NCBI RefSeq assembly: GCF_009914755.1
Contig: NC_060939.1
DNA length: 64,000 nt
DNA from: the human T2T-CHM13v2.0 reference genome, Homo sapiens
Reading direction: 5' to 3' (one strand)
Numbering within the stretch: position 1 is the first letter of the stretch; the number at the start of each line of letters is the position of its first letter. The notes beneath the pieces are model-generated. The model was not told where the DNA came from. It saw nothing but the letters and a program-made list of their open reading frames with translations, and ran no database searches. A program made the position numbers and the translations under genes. Positions 13,101-26,375 of the stretch are shown one piece after another.

Positions 13101-13985
13101 TTTTATTTAAGGTATCAACTTGATGTTTTGATATACGTTGTGCAGTGATCACCACAATCAAGCTAATGAATATTTCCATCACCTCACATACTTACCTTTG
13201 TGTGTGTGTGATAACACTGAAGCTCCATCCTTTTAGCAAATCTCAATTATAAGATAGAGTATTGTCAACTAGAGTCACCGTGCTGTACATTAGAGCTCCA
13301 GAACTTACTTACCTTGTATAACTGAAACTTTTTACCCTTTGACCAGCATCTTCCCACTGTCCCCATCCCCCCTGTCTCTGACAACCACCATTCTACTCTG
13401 CATCTATGAATTTGACTATTTAAGATCCCATAAAAAGTGAGATCATGCAGTACTTGCCTTTCTGCACGTAGCTGATTTCAGCTAGCATAATGCCGTCCAG
13501 GATCCAATAACATCTGTGTTATTGCAAGTGACATGATGCCCTTCTTTTTAAGGCTGAATAATATTTCACTGTGTGTGTGTGCCACATTTGGTTCATCCGT
13601 TCATCTGTCAATGAACATTTAGGTTGTTTTTGTATCTTGGCTATTGCGAATGTGCTGCAGTAAACATGGGAGTTAGATATCTGTTTGAGATACTCATCAC
13701 ATTTTCTTTGGAGATATATATATACACATATCTGTATATCTATATCTATCGATAGATATCTATATCTATATTCAGAAGCAGGATTGCTTCATCATATGGC
13801 ATTTATATATTTAATTTTTTGAAAACCCACCTTGCTGTTTTCCGTAACTTCTGTACCAATTTCCAGTCCCACCCAGGGAATGGTTTTCAGTGTACATCTA
13901 GCATGCAAAGGTTCCCTTTTTTCCATATGCTCACCAATACTTCATAGCTTTTGCCTTTTTGGTAATAGCCAGTCTAACAGGTTTT
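13095..13985 (-). mobile_element. L1 (L1MA/MB-like) 3' end
   Basis: gtcaccgtgctgtacattagagctccagaactta...gtgagatcatgcagtacttg...ttttaaggctgaataatatt...aatagccagtctaacagg. Confidence 0.88.
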
Positions 13986-16436
13986 GCTTTGCGTTTCAAG
14001 ATGGGCGTTTTTTAGGACCTTGTAGGCCATAGTAAGATAAGAATTCTGCCTTTTCCTTAAGTAAGATGGAAAGTGATTGGAGGCTTTCAAGTCGTGAAAT
14101 GATGCAATCTCAGGTTTTTAAAAGACTCTGGCTACTGTGTGGAGGACAGCAGTGAGAAACAAGTTTGGAGGTGATTACAATAGTTGTGACAAGAGATGAT
14201 GGCTGAGCTAGGTGGTGGTGGTGAAGAGGATGCAAGATGGTACAATCACATATATTTAGAAAGTAGAATGAGAAGAATTTGCTGATGGTGTGGATGTGAG
14301 GTAAGAGAAGGAAAGGAATCACATGACCTCAAGATGTTTCTCTCTTCCTCCCTTCCTTTCTTCATCTCTCCGTCTCTTCCCTCCGTTCACTCAAGCAACC
14401 CCAGAGAATAGAGTTGCCAATGTTCTGAAATAAAGAAAACTACAAAAAGAACATATGTGGGGAGATACTCAGAAATCTGATTTTGGATATAGTAAGCTTG
14501 ACATGCCTATTGGACATCCAAGTTGAGATGTTGAGTAGCATTTGGAAACACAAGTCGAGTTCAGAGAAGAGGTTTAATGTGGTGGCACAAACTTGGGAGT
14601 CCTTAAAATACACCTGTTTTTTAAAGCCATGTAACCAAATGGAATCAAGAAGGGGAGAGTACAGGTAAAGAAGAGAACTCTGAGGACTGGTCCTGGAGCA
14701 CCACTGTAGCAGTAGAGGGAAGAAAATGAGGAGAAGCAACCAAGGAGACTGAGTATGAGGTGCTAGTGAACAGAAAAAACAAAATAGTATCCTACAAGCC
14801 AAATGAAGAAAGTATTTTAAAAAGGAAAGATAAATAAGTCTGTCAATTTGCTTCTTGGTATCCTGAAATTTCCATTTTATTTCATTTTTTAACAACAAGT
14901 AGTAAGAAACTGGAGATGGGTAGCTTTCACTAACTTTTGACACATTCTAAGACAATAAGAAGTACTAAAGGGATAATAAAACCAAAAACCAAAATAGTAA
15001 GTTGTAACAACAAAACTTCAAACATTGTTGCTGGAGATACAATGTCTGAGAGGTGGACACTGGACGAGTTATTCTCCTTCAATCTGTTAACCTTTACTTT
15101 CATAATGTGTGCAAAATGAGATTAATAATATTTCTATGTCTCATGGGTCTATTATAGAAGCAAACAGGGTATCATAGATTCCTTTAAGAAGGATCTTTAT
15201 TTTGGAATTTTTATACATAAGCATATTTGTTAATATAAGTAGTCGTTTTCAGAACATACGATTCTTTCATTGAATTCACAAATATTTGTGCTTTTTCCAT
15301 TCAGTTCCAGGTAGTATTTTAGGCACTGAAGATTCATAGACAAAGGAGAGGCTCCTACCCCTAAAGATCTTAGAATTGAAGGAAGCAAATAATCCAAATG
15401 ATTGCTATTTAGAACACACAAGTAAACGACCTTGTCATTCATTCTTGTGAAATAATCTGTGTGTAGTCTAGTCATTCCAAAAAGCCCACTTATTTTTCAT
15501 TTAAGAAAGGCTTTTGGGTAAAGTCTTAGAATAAGTGCACACCCATATCTTCATATATTTAGAAAGTAGCTTAACTTTATCAGTTCCCTAAGTGCCTGAT
15601 GTTTAAGATGAGTAGGTAGGAAACATCTTCCCTTTTAAAGCAATACATCATTATGGATTTTCCTCTGCAGTAATAATGTCTGCACTTAAACATGAAATCT
15701 GCTGGATGGCACTCTGTCCCACGTGCTCCTGGTCATGAGCTGCTCAGTACCAGTGATTTGCAGATCTAACTATAGGGCTGTCATCAGCTGCCTGGTGATC
15801 TACCTTAAATAGGGCTGTCAGCCATTTTGTTTTGTTCCAGAGAGTTCCTCACAGGTGACCCGTAGAGAAGCGGGAGAGCCAAGGTTCCCCAGCCATCAGC
15901 TCAGAGCCAGCAGAGATAGCTCTCTATTGTTCTGGCCCTCAGGCTGCGAGCCAAGGTATAAGAAAGAAAGCTGTAAGGATAAAATAGGCAAGATCCATTC
16001 ATTTTCAAGTTCAAAGTTCTTTGGCCAGAGGACGGTAGAAAGAAGTTGACTTTGTCAGAGATGACCTGTGACAATGTGAAATCTAAGCAAAGAGAGCCAA
16101 AGGCTGTATATCCTTGTTCAGGGACAATCACTCAACACCACCACAAGCTGAATCTATGACAGGAATAGCTGGCGTGTGTGAACCACATAGCTTGGAGGGA
16201 GGCTGACATATGATATACCTTGGATTTTCATTTTTCTCCCTTTGCAGCAAGTTTTGGGCTGATGTTTACCCCTTCCAGTGTTGCAATCATGGGGAATAGA
16301 GAAATCTTGTTGTATTTATTTATTTATTTTAGCACTCTGGCTGCTCTCTTTGGCCTTGTGCTCTGTGATGTGGTTATGTTTCAATGTGGTTTGATCATGT
16401 GACAGGGCTGGGAGCATCTATTTTTGTCAACACCAT

Positions 16437-16900
16437 CACCATGGGCTTTAGAATCGGACAGACATGAATTCATACCTATTGCTAAGGTCAGTCTCTTAGA
16501 GTAAGAGAGCCCGTTTGGTGCCATGGTAGAGAACTGACTCCTGATTCAGACAGTCCTGGGCTTAAGGTCTGGCTCTGTCACTTACAAGCTGTGTGGCACT
16601 GGGCAAGTGACTTAACCTTTCTGTGCCTCAACCACTTTATCAAATAGAGAGCATATTAGCACCTACCTGACAGGATGATTGAAAGGATTAAACTGAGATG
16701 CTATAACATGGTAGCACATGGTGACTGGCCATTAAATATTCACTGTTATTAAATGTACCTAACCCCTCTGAGTTTTGGTTTTCTCATTCTTAAAGTGGTT
16801 GTGTTGTTGTGAAGGCTAATTTAATCTAGGAGGAAATGTCAGCATAGTGTTTGGCACAGAAGTCCAGAATGAATAGTTGATATCATTATCAATAATAATA
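16437..16900 (+). mobile_element. MIR nested inside another MIR
   Basis: MIR head at about 16437-16485, a complete MIR at about 16505-16751 (ctgtcacttacaagctgtgtggcactgggcaagtgacttaacc), then the outer MIR core and tail at about 16752-16900. Confidence 0.7.
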
Positions 16901-17199
16901 ATTAAGAAATAGAAGCTATGGACTCCAAAGCCTCATTGTTTTATTTTAAATGCCAGCATCTGTTCCCTTTTTATTCAATTATTCAGTTCTGACTCATCAA
17001 TGAAAATGACCCTGTTATGTGGGTGAAAGTAGGGAAATTTCTTGTAATCCAAGTCCGTATCCCAGTTAATTAACACATTTTTACAAAACACATTATGTTT
17101 CCAGCTTGGATGGGAAAGCAGAAGTTTTCTGCTCTAATAGAGTTTATAATTAAATAGGGTTGCAGTGTAAAAACATACCCATTCTGTAAATTATAATTG

Positions 17200-18600
17200 G
17201 GTGCATAATAGACATCAGATACCACAGTGGTGAGTATCATGATAGGCAGAAATGTGAATCAGATGTGATCCTGCCTTTGAGGGGTACAAAGTCAGCTGGA
17301 AGTAGTGGTAGCAAGTGCATCAATATAGGCTGCCTGGATTAGATACCAGGCTCTGCCCCCTGCCACCATGAGACCTGAGGCAAGTTACGTAACTGCTCTA
17401 TACAGGCTTTCATTTGCAAAATGGAGACAACAATAGTGCTTACATAGTGTTGATGCGAAGCTTAAATGGGTTCTTGTGCGTAAAGCATGGTGCCTGTCAC
17501 ATAGGGATCAGTAAATGTTGGCCATTTAAAAACATATAGTGGGGGAGAAGGCATGCATGTAAGTAACACTGCAAAAAGTATGGTGATATTGCTATGGAAA
17601 TTCAGAGATCAGAGAGATTACTTGGGCTTCATAAAGGAATGTGGCATTTAAACTAAGCTTAGAAGAATAGGTAATATATGGACATGGAAAACTAGGGCAA
17701 GTTAGGGCAGCTTTTCAGAGATTTCATGATCAAAGGCATGGAAATAGGGAAACCCAACGCTACAGGGAAGAAGTTAGGATGATAGTTTGGAAATGTGGAA
17801 ACCTCAGATACTAGTTCAGGAAGTTTATGTTTTTTGAGAGTGCCATTGAGGATTTTCAGCAAGAAAATAAGGCCAGAGCTATGCCTCTGGTAGCAGACTA
17901 GGGAAGAATGCTTTGGGTCAAATAATAGCCTTGTCTTGGTCTCAAGACCTCCAGTCTCTCCTTCTGCTGGCCCATTTGCTGTGATACAGGAAAAGGGGAG
18001 GACTCAGAGATACGAGATAATGATGTGTAAGCTGAGGTTGCCCAGAGGTTGGATGTGCTCTTGACAAACTTGGGGAATATAAAAGGATAGGTAGACTGAA
18101 AAAGAAGCCTTTCAGTGCACTGGGACATGTTGATTTGAAGTGTTTGTAAGTCCGCAGGTAAAAATAGATGGAGGTTTGGAACCCTTGAGTACCACCAGGT
18201 TGGAGGTACAGACTGAGTAACAGCTCCTCAGAAGTAAAGCAGGAAGCCTGAAGAATGAATGAGATTGCCAAGGGAAAATGACAAAGACCAATCGTTGAGC
18301 AGTCCCTTATATTTAGGGATGGCAGAAGAAAATAGAGATGGGAAGGATCCAACAGAAAGGCGGGAGCACTAGAAGAATACAGAGATGAATACGGGAATGG
18401 AGGGGTTTCAAGAAGGAGCATTTTAGGGAGCCTGGGCATGACTTATTTGGGAGACAGTAAGGCAATAGGAATGAAGGAGAGACAAAGCTAGAGGTGTCAG
18501 GTAGAACTCAACTGTGGGGCACCTGAAATCCAGGCAGAGACATTTTGGCTTACTTGGTATAAAGCAGGAAACCTTTATGTGATCTTAATGATAGTATTTC
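17200..18600 (-). mobile_element. L2 fragments with an inserted + strand MIR (about 17300-17525)
   Basis: Purine-rich antisense L2 motifs (gggacatgttgatttgaagtg, gaatgaatgagattgccaaggg). MIR gaggcaagttacgtaactgctct...gcaaaatggagacaacaatagtg. Confidence 0.65.
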
Positions 18601-21600
18601 CCGATGACTAAAGAGAATCATATTCTTATCCTAAAAGACAGAGGCTGGGTTTGAAAGGTCTTAGTGTCCCCCCAGCCCCCACCACCATTGCTTATTATTG
18701 CACCTTCTAACTTAGTACTTTCTTCTCTTTATTTTGTTTCTCTTTCTTTTAAAGATGGGAGGTATGGTTATTTTATATTGACAGAGTTGCATCTGCTGTG
18801 AGGCCTACAAAAGGAAAATTTTGTGGTCTTGTTCCAGTGAGATAGAGTTGAAACAAGCTGAAAATAAGTTACCAGGAAATCATACATTTATAGTGGCATA
18901 AAACCCCAGAGTTGTGTTATTTTCTCTATCAAAAAAAAAAAATCAACAGTCCTCCTTGAGAAAGAGGAAATAATGGAGATGAGAGCACTTTCTAGGAACA
19001 GGAAGTCTTTATAAAATAGAGCAAATCTAGTAAAAGTAAGGAATGCGAAAGCAAGAGAGAAAATGGGTCTGTAAAGGTGGATAGTCCAGTTCTGGATTTT
19101 AGAAGTGGGATCATTCTAGGTTATGACATGGAAGGTTCATGATAGTGTGCTACCAAAACAGGGTGGAAATCATTAGGTCCAACTGAAGAGTTTTTGCACG
19201 TGGGTAGAACAGTAAGGTCCAAATTTGGCATCGGGACATGTGAGAAGTAGGCAGACTTCTGGGAAAAGGAGATACAAAATGTGGAAGAATTTGCAGCCTT
19301 CGAGTAAGGGTGCTTCCTTGGAAATGACATCCTTCAGCAATGCCCAGATCTGATTTAAAGCAAAATGAGAAAAAAGGAGGGAGGATAATTCTAGGGGAGA
19401 AAGTGCAAACCAGTACAGGGATGAAGAGAAAGGCTTGTGTTCTAATTGGAGAGCTTGTGTTCTGTATTTTACTCAGGAGCAAGAGGAGTAATCAGATGGG
19501 TTGAATTAACTCATCTCATAATCCCAAACAGAATTCAGTGCAAAGATTTCAGTGTCAGGCACTCAAAAGCTCCAGATGTCTGTCTATTGAAGGTTTATGG
19601 AAATAATTGCTGCTATATGAAGCAAAGGCAGGTGCAGGCTGCCACTCCAGGTGGTGTCTGCAGCCAGGTCAGCATGGTTGAGCAGAAGGTTCCAGATAGA
19701 ATGTGGGAAAGAGTAGAAATCGTTTGGAGAAGCATCAGTTTGGCCCAGAGTCCCATACCCATCTGTGTGTCACCAGAGCCCCAACCTAGGAACACATGTG
19801 TGCAGGGCTGCTGTTCTGCAAATTGCTATTAATTAAATCAGGGCAGGTTATTGCATCAGTTTCTTGGCAGCTTGGGATGTGACTTATAGGATGGGGAAAT
19901 TTCAGAAGACAATTAGGGAGACCCCAAGGCAGCTACTGCAAGGTCAAAGCCTTGGTGGTTTGGGCGCCTGGGGGATAGAAAGGGAAAGAGAATTGAGATC
20001 TTGAAAAGAGAACCTCAGAGGCACACATTGATGGGAAAACTGTCAACTTTCATGCCTTTGTAAAAAAAAAAAAAAAATCCATAATTACACTTCTTTGATT
20101 TCTAAATGCCTGAGTTTTGTTGTTGTTGCTTTAGTTTTTTGGGGGGTTTTAAGTTTTGTTTCTTTTTACTGGTTAACTGTGGTGGGGGAGACACATAACT
20201 ATTTCTCAATAGGGGGTATTCTTGATTTGGGTGTGAAAGGTAAGTTTTGAGTACTACCTCTTGCATTGCTGATGACTTAACTTCCATGGCCCCTGCTTTC
20301 CAACACAAACAGCACATCTCAGTCATCTTGGCAACTAAGAGCCCCTCATTACCTGCCCCTGACCACCAATGCCATTAGGAGGATCCTAACGCCCCTGGTT
20401 GATACAGGATCTAGGGGCACACTCCACCTGAGGAAAAATTTCACTCTCTTCAGAGATTTCACTAAACCCCCACTTTTAAAGCAGTGATATTCTGGAGTTT
20501 TCTTCAGTCTCAATTAAAATGAAGACCATGAATTCTGATTTTACTATAAGCAAAGACTCCTGAATTTGTTTCTGACTCACTTAGATAATGAACAGTGACA
20601 TTTCAGTGCTAGTAAAACGGTGGAGCTATGTTTTTCCACTCTTCGTTTCATACATCTACAACTTGTGGCTTCTCGCATTCCCCTGCAGCCCCTCACCTAT
20701 CTCTGGGCACAAGCAGGTATCTTTGTAGGGGTCTGTTAATCGTGAATTGCTTCGCACTCTCACCAGGTGGGACCATTTTATTTTCTTCACTTCGTAGGCA
20801 CATTCTAGACACAGTTTAAGAAAAATGATTTCTACTTAATCTGCCTTTCCAACACTCTGGTGACACTTTCCAACAAGACAATCTCTGACACTGAAGGACA
20901 TGGAGGTGAGATGGGGCAATGGATGGCCAGATGCTCAGAAGGAGGGAGGCTCCAGCTGGCTCCCCCAGGTCACTTCCGTAACTTAACCACACCTGGAAAT
21001 CTGTTTGCTGCTTGAAATCCAAAGCTATGTGGTGGTGACTAGGGAGCATGGCCTGACAGATAGGAGGGGCAGGAATGGAAGGATTAGTAAGGAAACTGTT
21101 TTCCTCTCCACCTCAGGGAGGGTTGTGCAAGAAAATGTTTTGGTGTAGATGGAGGGCTGCCTCTTTTCCAGGGCCTCTGAAATTTTAGGAGGGCTGCTTT
21201 TGGGATTGATATTTAGGAGGGAGGTCTACTCCTTGAGAATTCAGAGCAGTTCTTCTACTTGACCTTCAGTTCCTCCTCCTCTTACCTGATCTTCAAGGCA
21301 TCTTTAATCTTCCTTTTCTGTGAGTCTAAAACCCATCTCCTTCACCCTCCATATCTTCCTCTACCATCTCTGGCAAATATGCGGCCCACGACATACACTG
21401 CCTTCCTCCAACAAAACATACTTTGCCTCTTCCACAACCTGAAACCCCAACACTTTCCCTCCACTCATCCCACCTTGCTCTGATCTTGTCTGTATTCTCT
21501 GTTCCCCTCAATCCTATCTTATTGTTTTATTCTATATTTGGAGAGATTGTATAAATTTGCTTTCATATTTGCCCAAATGTTGAAATCATCAGCTCACCTA

Positions 21601-21883
21601 GACCATATGCTTTGCACAGCTCTCAGAAGTGAGGCCTTGGCTGTATGTGTACTTGCCCCCACTGACCTCACTCCAGGATTAAGTAGAGTTCTGACTCACG
21701 GTAGATGCTCCGTGATGTCCTGTGAATAAAAAATCTCCTTCCGTAATCAGGTTTAAAAATAAAAACAAAAAGCACGTGGCTGTCAGGGATTGGTGGCTTA
21801 CCTGACTCAGGTACAGGAAGGTGACTCGGGGCCTGGCTCAGCAGTTCCCCTTACTCATGTTTGGGTCTCTCTTCTCCTGGCAG

Positions 21884-22003
21884 GAGGATGAAGTGGTACT
21901 CCAGTGCATCGCCACCATTCATAAGGAGCAGAGGAAGTTCTGCCTGGCAGCCGAGGGACTTGGGAATCGCCTGTGCTTCTTGGAACCCACTTCAGAAGCC
22001 AAG
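21884..22003 (+). CDS. RYR3: Ryanodine receptor 3, coding exon 2 (40 codons, N-terminal domain)
   Basis: Translates [40 protein letters not shown], the RyR N-terminus. EDEVV, RKFC, GLGN and SEAK match RYR3 rather than RYR1/RYR2 as I recall them. Acceptor tctctcttctcctggcag| at 21883, putative branch point tactcat 21852-21858, donor AAG|gtgaga at 22004. Phase 0/0. Confidence 0.97.
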
Positions 22004-22654
22004 GTGAGATTGGCTGTCCGCCCTGCACCTTCTTCCACCTTGGCGTCTGACAAAGTCATTTAGGGGAGATACTGCTGGGAGATGGTGATGAGGACGACAT
22101 TTGAAAGGACACATTTATTTTTTAAATGGGAAGCAGATCTGGTTTAAACCATAACTTTCCACAAGCCTAGGAATCGTTGATGTAGGAACCCAGAGCACTA
22201 TGAAGAATTAGAGGTGCTTTGCCTGTCAGTGTTGTCCAGGACTCTGGGGAGGCTTTGAGCTCACTGTCAGTGCTGACCGAGGAGGTCTTAATACTCCCAG
22301 AATGCCTTTCTGTTGCTGTTAATTCCTAGAAATCTGAGTGTGTGTTCTTTACTCCCTGCTGTTGTTCTATTGCTACAGAGACTCACAGATGCCTGAGCCT
22401 GTGTTTCACAGTGAGCACACCCCTTTCAGTTCTGACTGCGCTGAGATTGTTGTAACTGTCTGCCCACTGTGACACGAGGGCAGAGAGTAATGTTTGCACT
22501 GGTCTCCGCCTGCATGGTGGCAATAATGCTGTGTCTTTTCAGCAGAACTTTTCTTTCTCCATTTTCAGGCTGTTTCTGCTTTTCATGATCTGTGTGTCAA
22601 GTGGATCTATGTGCTCAGCATTCTTGCAGTGCTTTTCAGTCCTGGGAAAACCTC

Positions 22655-23121
22655 TATATCCGTCAGGGTTCTCCAGAGAAACAAAGTCAACTGGATGCAT
22701 GGATGGATGGTGGGCAGATGGGCAGATGGGTGGATGGGTGAGTGAGTGCGTGAGTGGGTAGGTAGGTAAGTATATAAGTGTATAGAGATTTCTTTTAAGA
22801 AATTAGTTCTTGCAGTCGTAGGGGCTAGTGAGACTGAAATCTGTAGTTAGTATCAGTAGGCTGGAAACTCAGGCAGGAGTTAATGCTGTCATCTTGAGGT
22901 AGAGTTCCTTCTTTTCTAGGACATCTCAGTTGTTCTGAAGGCCTTCATCTGATCGGATGAGGCATACCAAAGTTATCAAGGCTAATAGCCTTTTCTTAAA
23001 GTTAACTGACTGCAGATGTTAATTACATCTACAAAATACCTTCACATCAAAACCTATGGTGTCGTTTGGCTGAATAACGGCACTATGGCCTAGCCAAGTT
23101 GACATAAAACCCACCATCACA
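22655..23121 (-). mobile_element. MLT2 (C/D-like) ERVL solo LTR
   Basis: gtcagggttctccagagaaaca ... cctagccaagttgacataaaacccaccatcaca. Near-matching 5-bp TSD acctc/ccctc. Confidence 0.87.
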
Positions 23122-23778
23122 CCCTCTAAGCTCAGTTTTTCTCACAGAACCTTTTTTAAAAAAACCGAAAACAAAAATCAGAAATTGGTAACATTTTCCA
23201 AAAGACCCACCTATTGGCATGCCATTTTCCACATAAACATACACAACACAGACATACACAGAGAGTTTGGCTAAAATCTGTAACACCAGATGTCCAGGGT
23301 GATGGCCACGTCCTCCAGAAGCCTTCTTGTACTTCTCCCTCCCTTGTAGGTCACTGATCTGTGGATCCATAAGGATAGACATGAACCAGAGTCCCATTAA
23401 AATATATGGGATAGAAGAGAGACAAGGAAAATTTTTATCTTTTTAAAGATCTTTGACTTGATTTTCCTAAGGCCTTTTCTCATTTGCTTTTGTTCTTAGC
23501 TAGGTTTTTTTGTTTTTTTGTTTTGTTTTGTTTTGTTTTTCATTCCCGGCAGTCTGGGATAATAGGGAGGTCATTAGATTAGAAGTCAAGAAGTTAATTC
23601 TCAACCATGAGCTACTCATGTGACCGTGGGACAAGTCAGTCACTCATGTTTGCAATTTTCTCATCTGCCAAATGAGGTGCAGGACAATCCAATGGGAAGT
23701 GTGTTGACCTAAATTAGAAAACAAGTGGTATCCTTTTCTAGTCATCCATCGAGTAGGGTATAGGGCAGTGCTTTAGGG

Positions 23779-24095
23779 CAGCAGTTCCCAACCTTTTTGG
23801 CACCAGGATCCAGTTTTATGGAAGAGAGTTTTTCCACGGATGGTGGGAGATGGTTTCAGGATGAAACTGTTCCACCTCAGATCATCGGGCATTAGATTCT
23901 CATAAGGAGCGTGCAACCTAGATCCCTCACGTGCACAGCTCACATTAAGGTTCATGCTCCTATGAGAATCTAATGCTGCCACTGATCTGACAGGAGGCAA
24001 AGCTCAGGCAGTAATCCTCACTCACCTCCTGCTGTGCAGCCTGGTTCCCAACAGGCCATGAACTGGGTCCATGGCCCCAGGGGTTGGGGACCCTG
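23779..24095 (+). mobile_element. MER1B-like hAT-Charlie element with perfect 8-bp TSD, inserted in a MIR head
   Basis: TIRs cagcagttcccaacc...ggttggggaccctg. TSD ctttaggg at 23771-23778 and 24096-24103. Internal attagattctcataaggagcgtgcaacctagatccc. Confidence 0.92.
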
Positions 24096-24103
24096 CTTTA
24101 GGG

Positions 24104-24322
24104 CACAGGCTGTGAGCCAGACTGTCAAAGTTGGAATCCTGTCTCTACCACTTGCTGGCTAAACCAGGACCTTGGACAAGGTACCTCACTTTTCTGAGCT
24201 GAGTTTTCTCATCTGCTTAATGGGAATTTAATAGTAACTACCCTATAAGATTGCTGTCAGGATCAAATGGGTTCGTAAATCGCCTAGTGCATTGTAAGCT
24301 TGATAAAACCACTGGTTATTAT
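24104..24322 (+). mobile_element. MIR (remainder after the MER1B insertion)
   Basis: gccagactg...ggaatcctgtctctaccacttgc...ccttggacaag...gagttttctcatctg. Confidence 0.8.
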
Positions 24323-26061
24323 GATTTCATATTGTACAAGACATTTAAACTGGGACTTAGTTTCTTGTTCTTTAAAATAAGGAAAACTAATTACCTTTCA
24401 GGGGGACTGTGAAAATAAAGAGAAATAATATATATAAAGCACATAATACTGAACTAATACAGTACACTTAACAGCTAGAGTTGATAATAATACTAAGTAT
24501 AAAGTTGTTATCCCTTTTGACTTACAAGGTCTGATTTTGTGTAAAAGACAGAAAGACCACGGATCAGCCCCTGAACTTACAAAATCTTGAGTTTAGAATG
24601 AAAGTCTTGGAATTACAAATTCATGTAACTATCATATAATTCTATAAACATGTCTCTGTATTTATCGTTGTTTTACCCGAGCTAGATTAGAAACAACAGT
24701 GTGTTGTAATCTGAGAATGCTTTGTATCCCTCAGGCATAGAAACGATAAGTCATACACTCATAGATGAATTGGGGATGAGGAAATGTCTTTCCTAACGTC
24801 CACTTAACTAAGTGATTGTTCTTATTTTAATTTGTCATTCTAAATTTCAAGCAAGATAAGACTGAAGAATTTTAAAAAGAGATACGTGTCATCCATAATT
24901 TTACCACTTTGTCACAACTATTTTCATTTGTTTTTCATTCTAGCCTTTGCCCACGTGTACCTGTCTGTTTTCAAAGTTGTACTCATACTGGTTATTCAGA
25001 CATTCTCTGTTTTGGGTTTTTTCTTTACTATTTCAGCCAGTTCCATATTGCTATATGGTCTTCATGAATGGTAAAAAAATAATATGCCTATGGTTTTCTT
25101 GGTTTATTTTGGCTTTCGGGAGTAAATATCCAGGAGTAGAATTAATGGTGTCAGAAGCATGAACACTATTAAACTGCTTTCCCAAAATGATAGATAAATT
25201 GTTTACAGTTGACATACCCACCATCCTTGCATGAGTGCGCCCCTTTTATATGTAGCATGAGGGAAGTGCGCCATCAGGGTTCTCACAGAGAAACAGGGTC
25301 AAATTCACGGTAAGGATAGAGCAGATATTCAGAATTTCTTGTCACCATTCCTGGGAGCAGTCTGCTAGAGGAACTTGGGTTCCGAGAGCTTCATTCTTTC
25401 CTGCAGTCATTTGCAGCTATGCAACCCTCTCTTTTGGCTGGTTGTCTTCTCCCTTATTACTAAATAGTTGCCCTAATTCTCTACCATCAAATTTCTCAAC
25501 GAGCTGTACCATTCTTAGATTCTTGGATCCTAATGGAAGTCATGCAGTGAGGTGAGGAGGTATGTTTCCAAGCTTGGCACTGGGCATGAGGCACAGACAT
25601 CAAATATCCTTCTTCTCAGCTGGCTACAGAGCCTACCGGTGACCTTGGGCATTTCTAGTCAAGGGTGTTTTAAGCTAGTTGAGACTCAGAGAAAATTGAG
25701 ATGAATTCTATGGAGAAGAAAGACCTCAGAGAAAAAAAGAGATAAAGTGCTCAAAAACTATTCTTGGTGTGTGACCTGGAGAAAAGGAGATCATATGGAA
25801 GCAAAGGAGTGAGAGGATAGAAGAATAAAGGGCATGAGTATAATAAGATCATTAACACTTGCTATAGACATGAAGAGTATTTAGCACTTGGGAAGTCTCC
25901 CAGGACTTTGATTCCTGTATGCCATGGTCCACCCTTCCTTGAAGGTCTCCTGAAACTGCCATTAATTGATGGAAGCACTATTATTCAGCTCCCTTTCAAA
26001 TAAGCAAAGGTTCAGGAATTTAAAGGTATCTTGTTTTGTTAAAAAAAAAAAAAAAAAAAAA

Positions 26062-26375
<314 letters not shown>

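Larger units (their letters stand above)
12500..14860 (-). mobile_element. L2 LINE, interrupted by an L1 (about 12950-13985)
   Basis: L2 tail reverse complement ttcattcagtgactccgtaagtgcctaccatatgccaggcactg at 12501. The L2 body resumes at about 14010 (ggaccttgtaggccatagtaag...gttgagatgttgagtag). Confidence 0.8.

Noticed and set aside
13742-13759. 18-bp perfect palindrome atatctatcgatagatat
   Set aside because: It arises within a TA/TATC low-complexity expansion inside an L1 and is expected from that composition.
14440-14943. 167-aa and 165-aa (17942-18439) minus-strand ORFs
   Set aside because: They lie in decayed L2 sequence and have no recognisable domain.
21821-22063. 80-aa ORF as a standalone gene
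   Set aside because: Only the central 40 codons are RYR3 exon 2. The flanks are intronic read-through beyond the splice sites.
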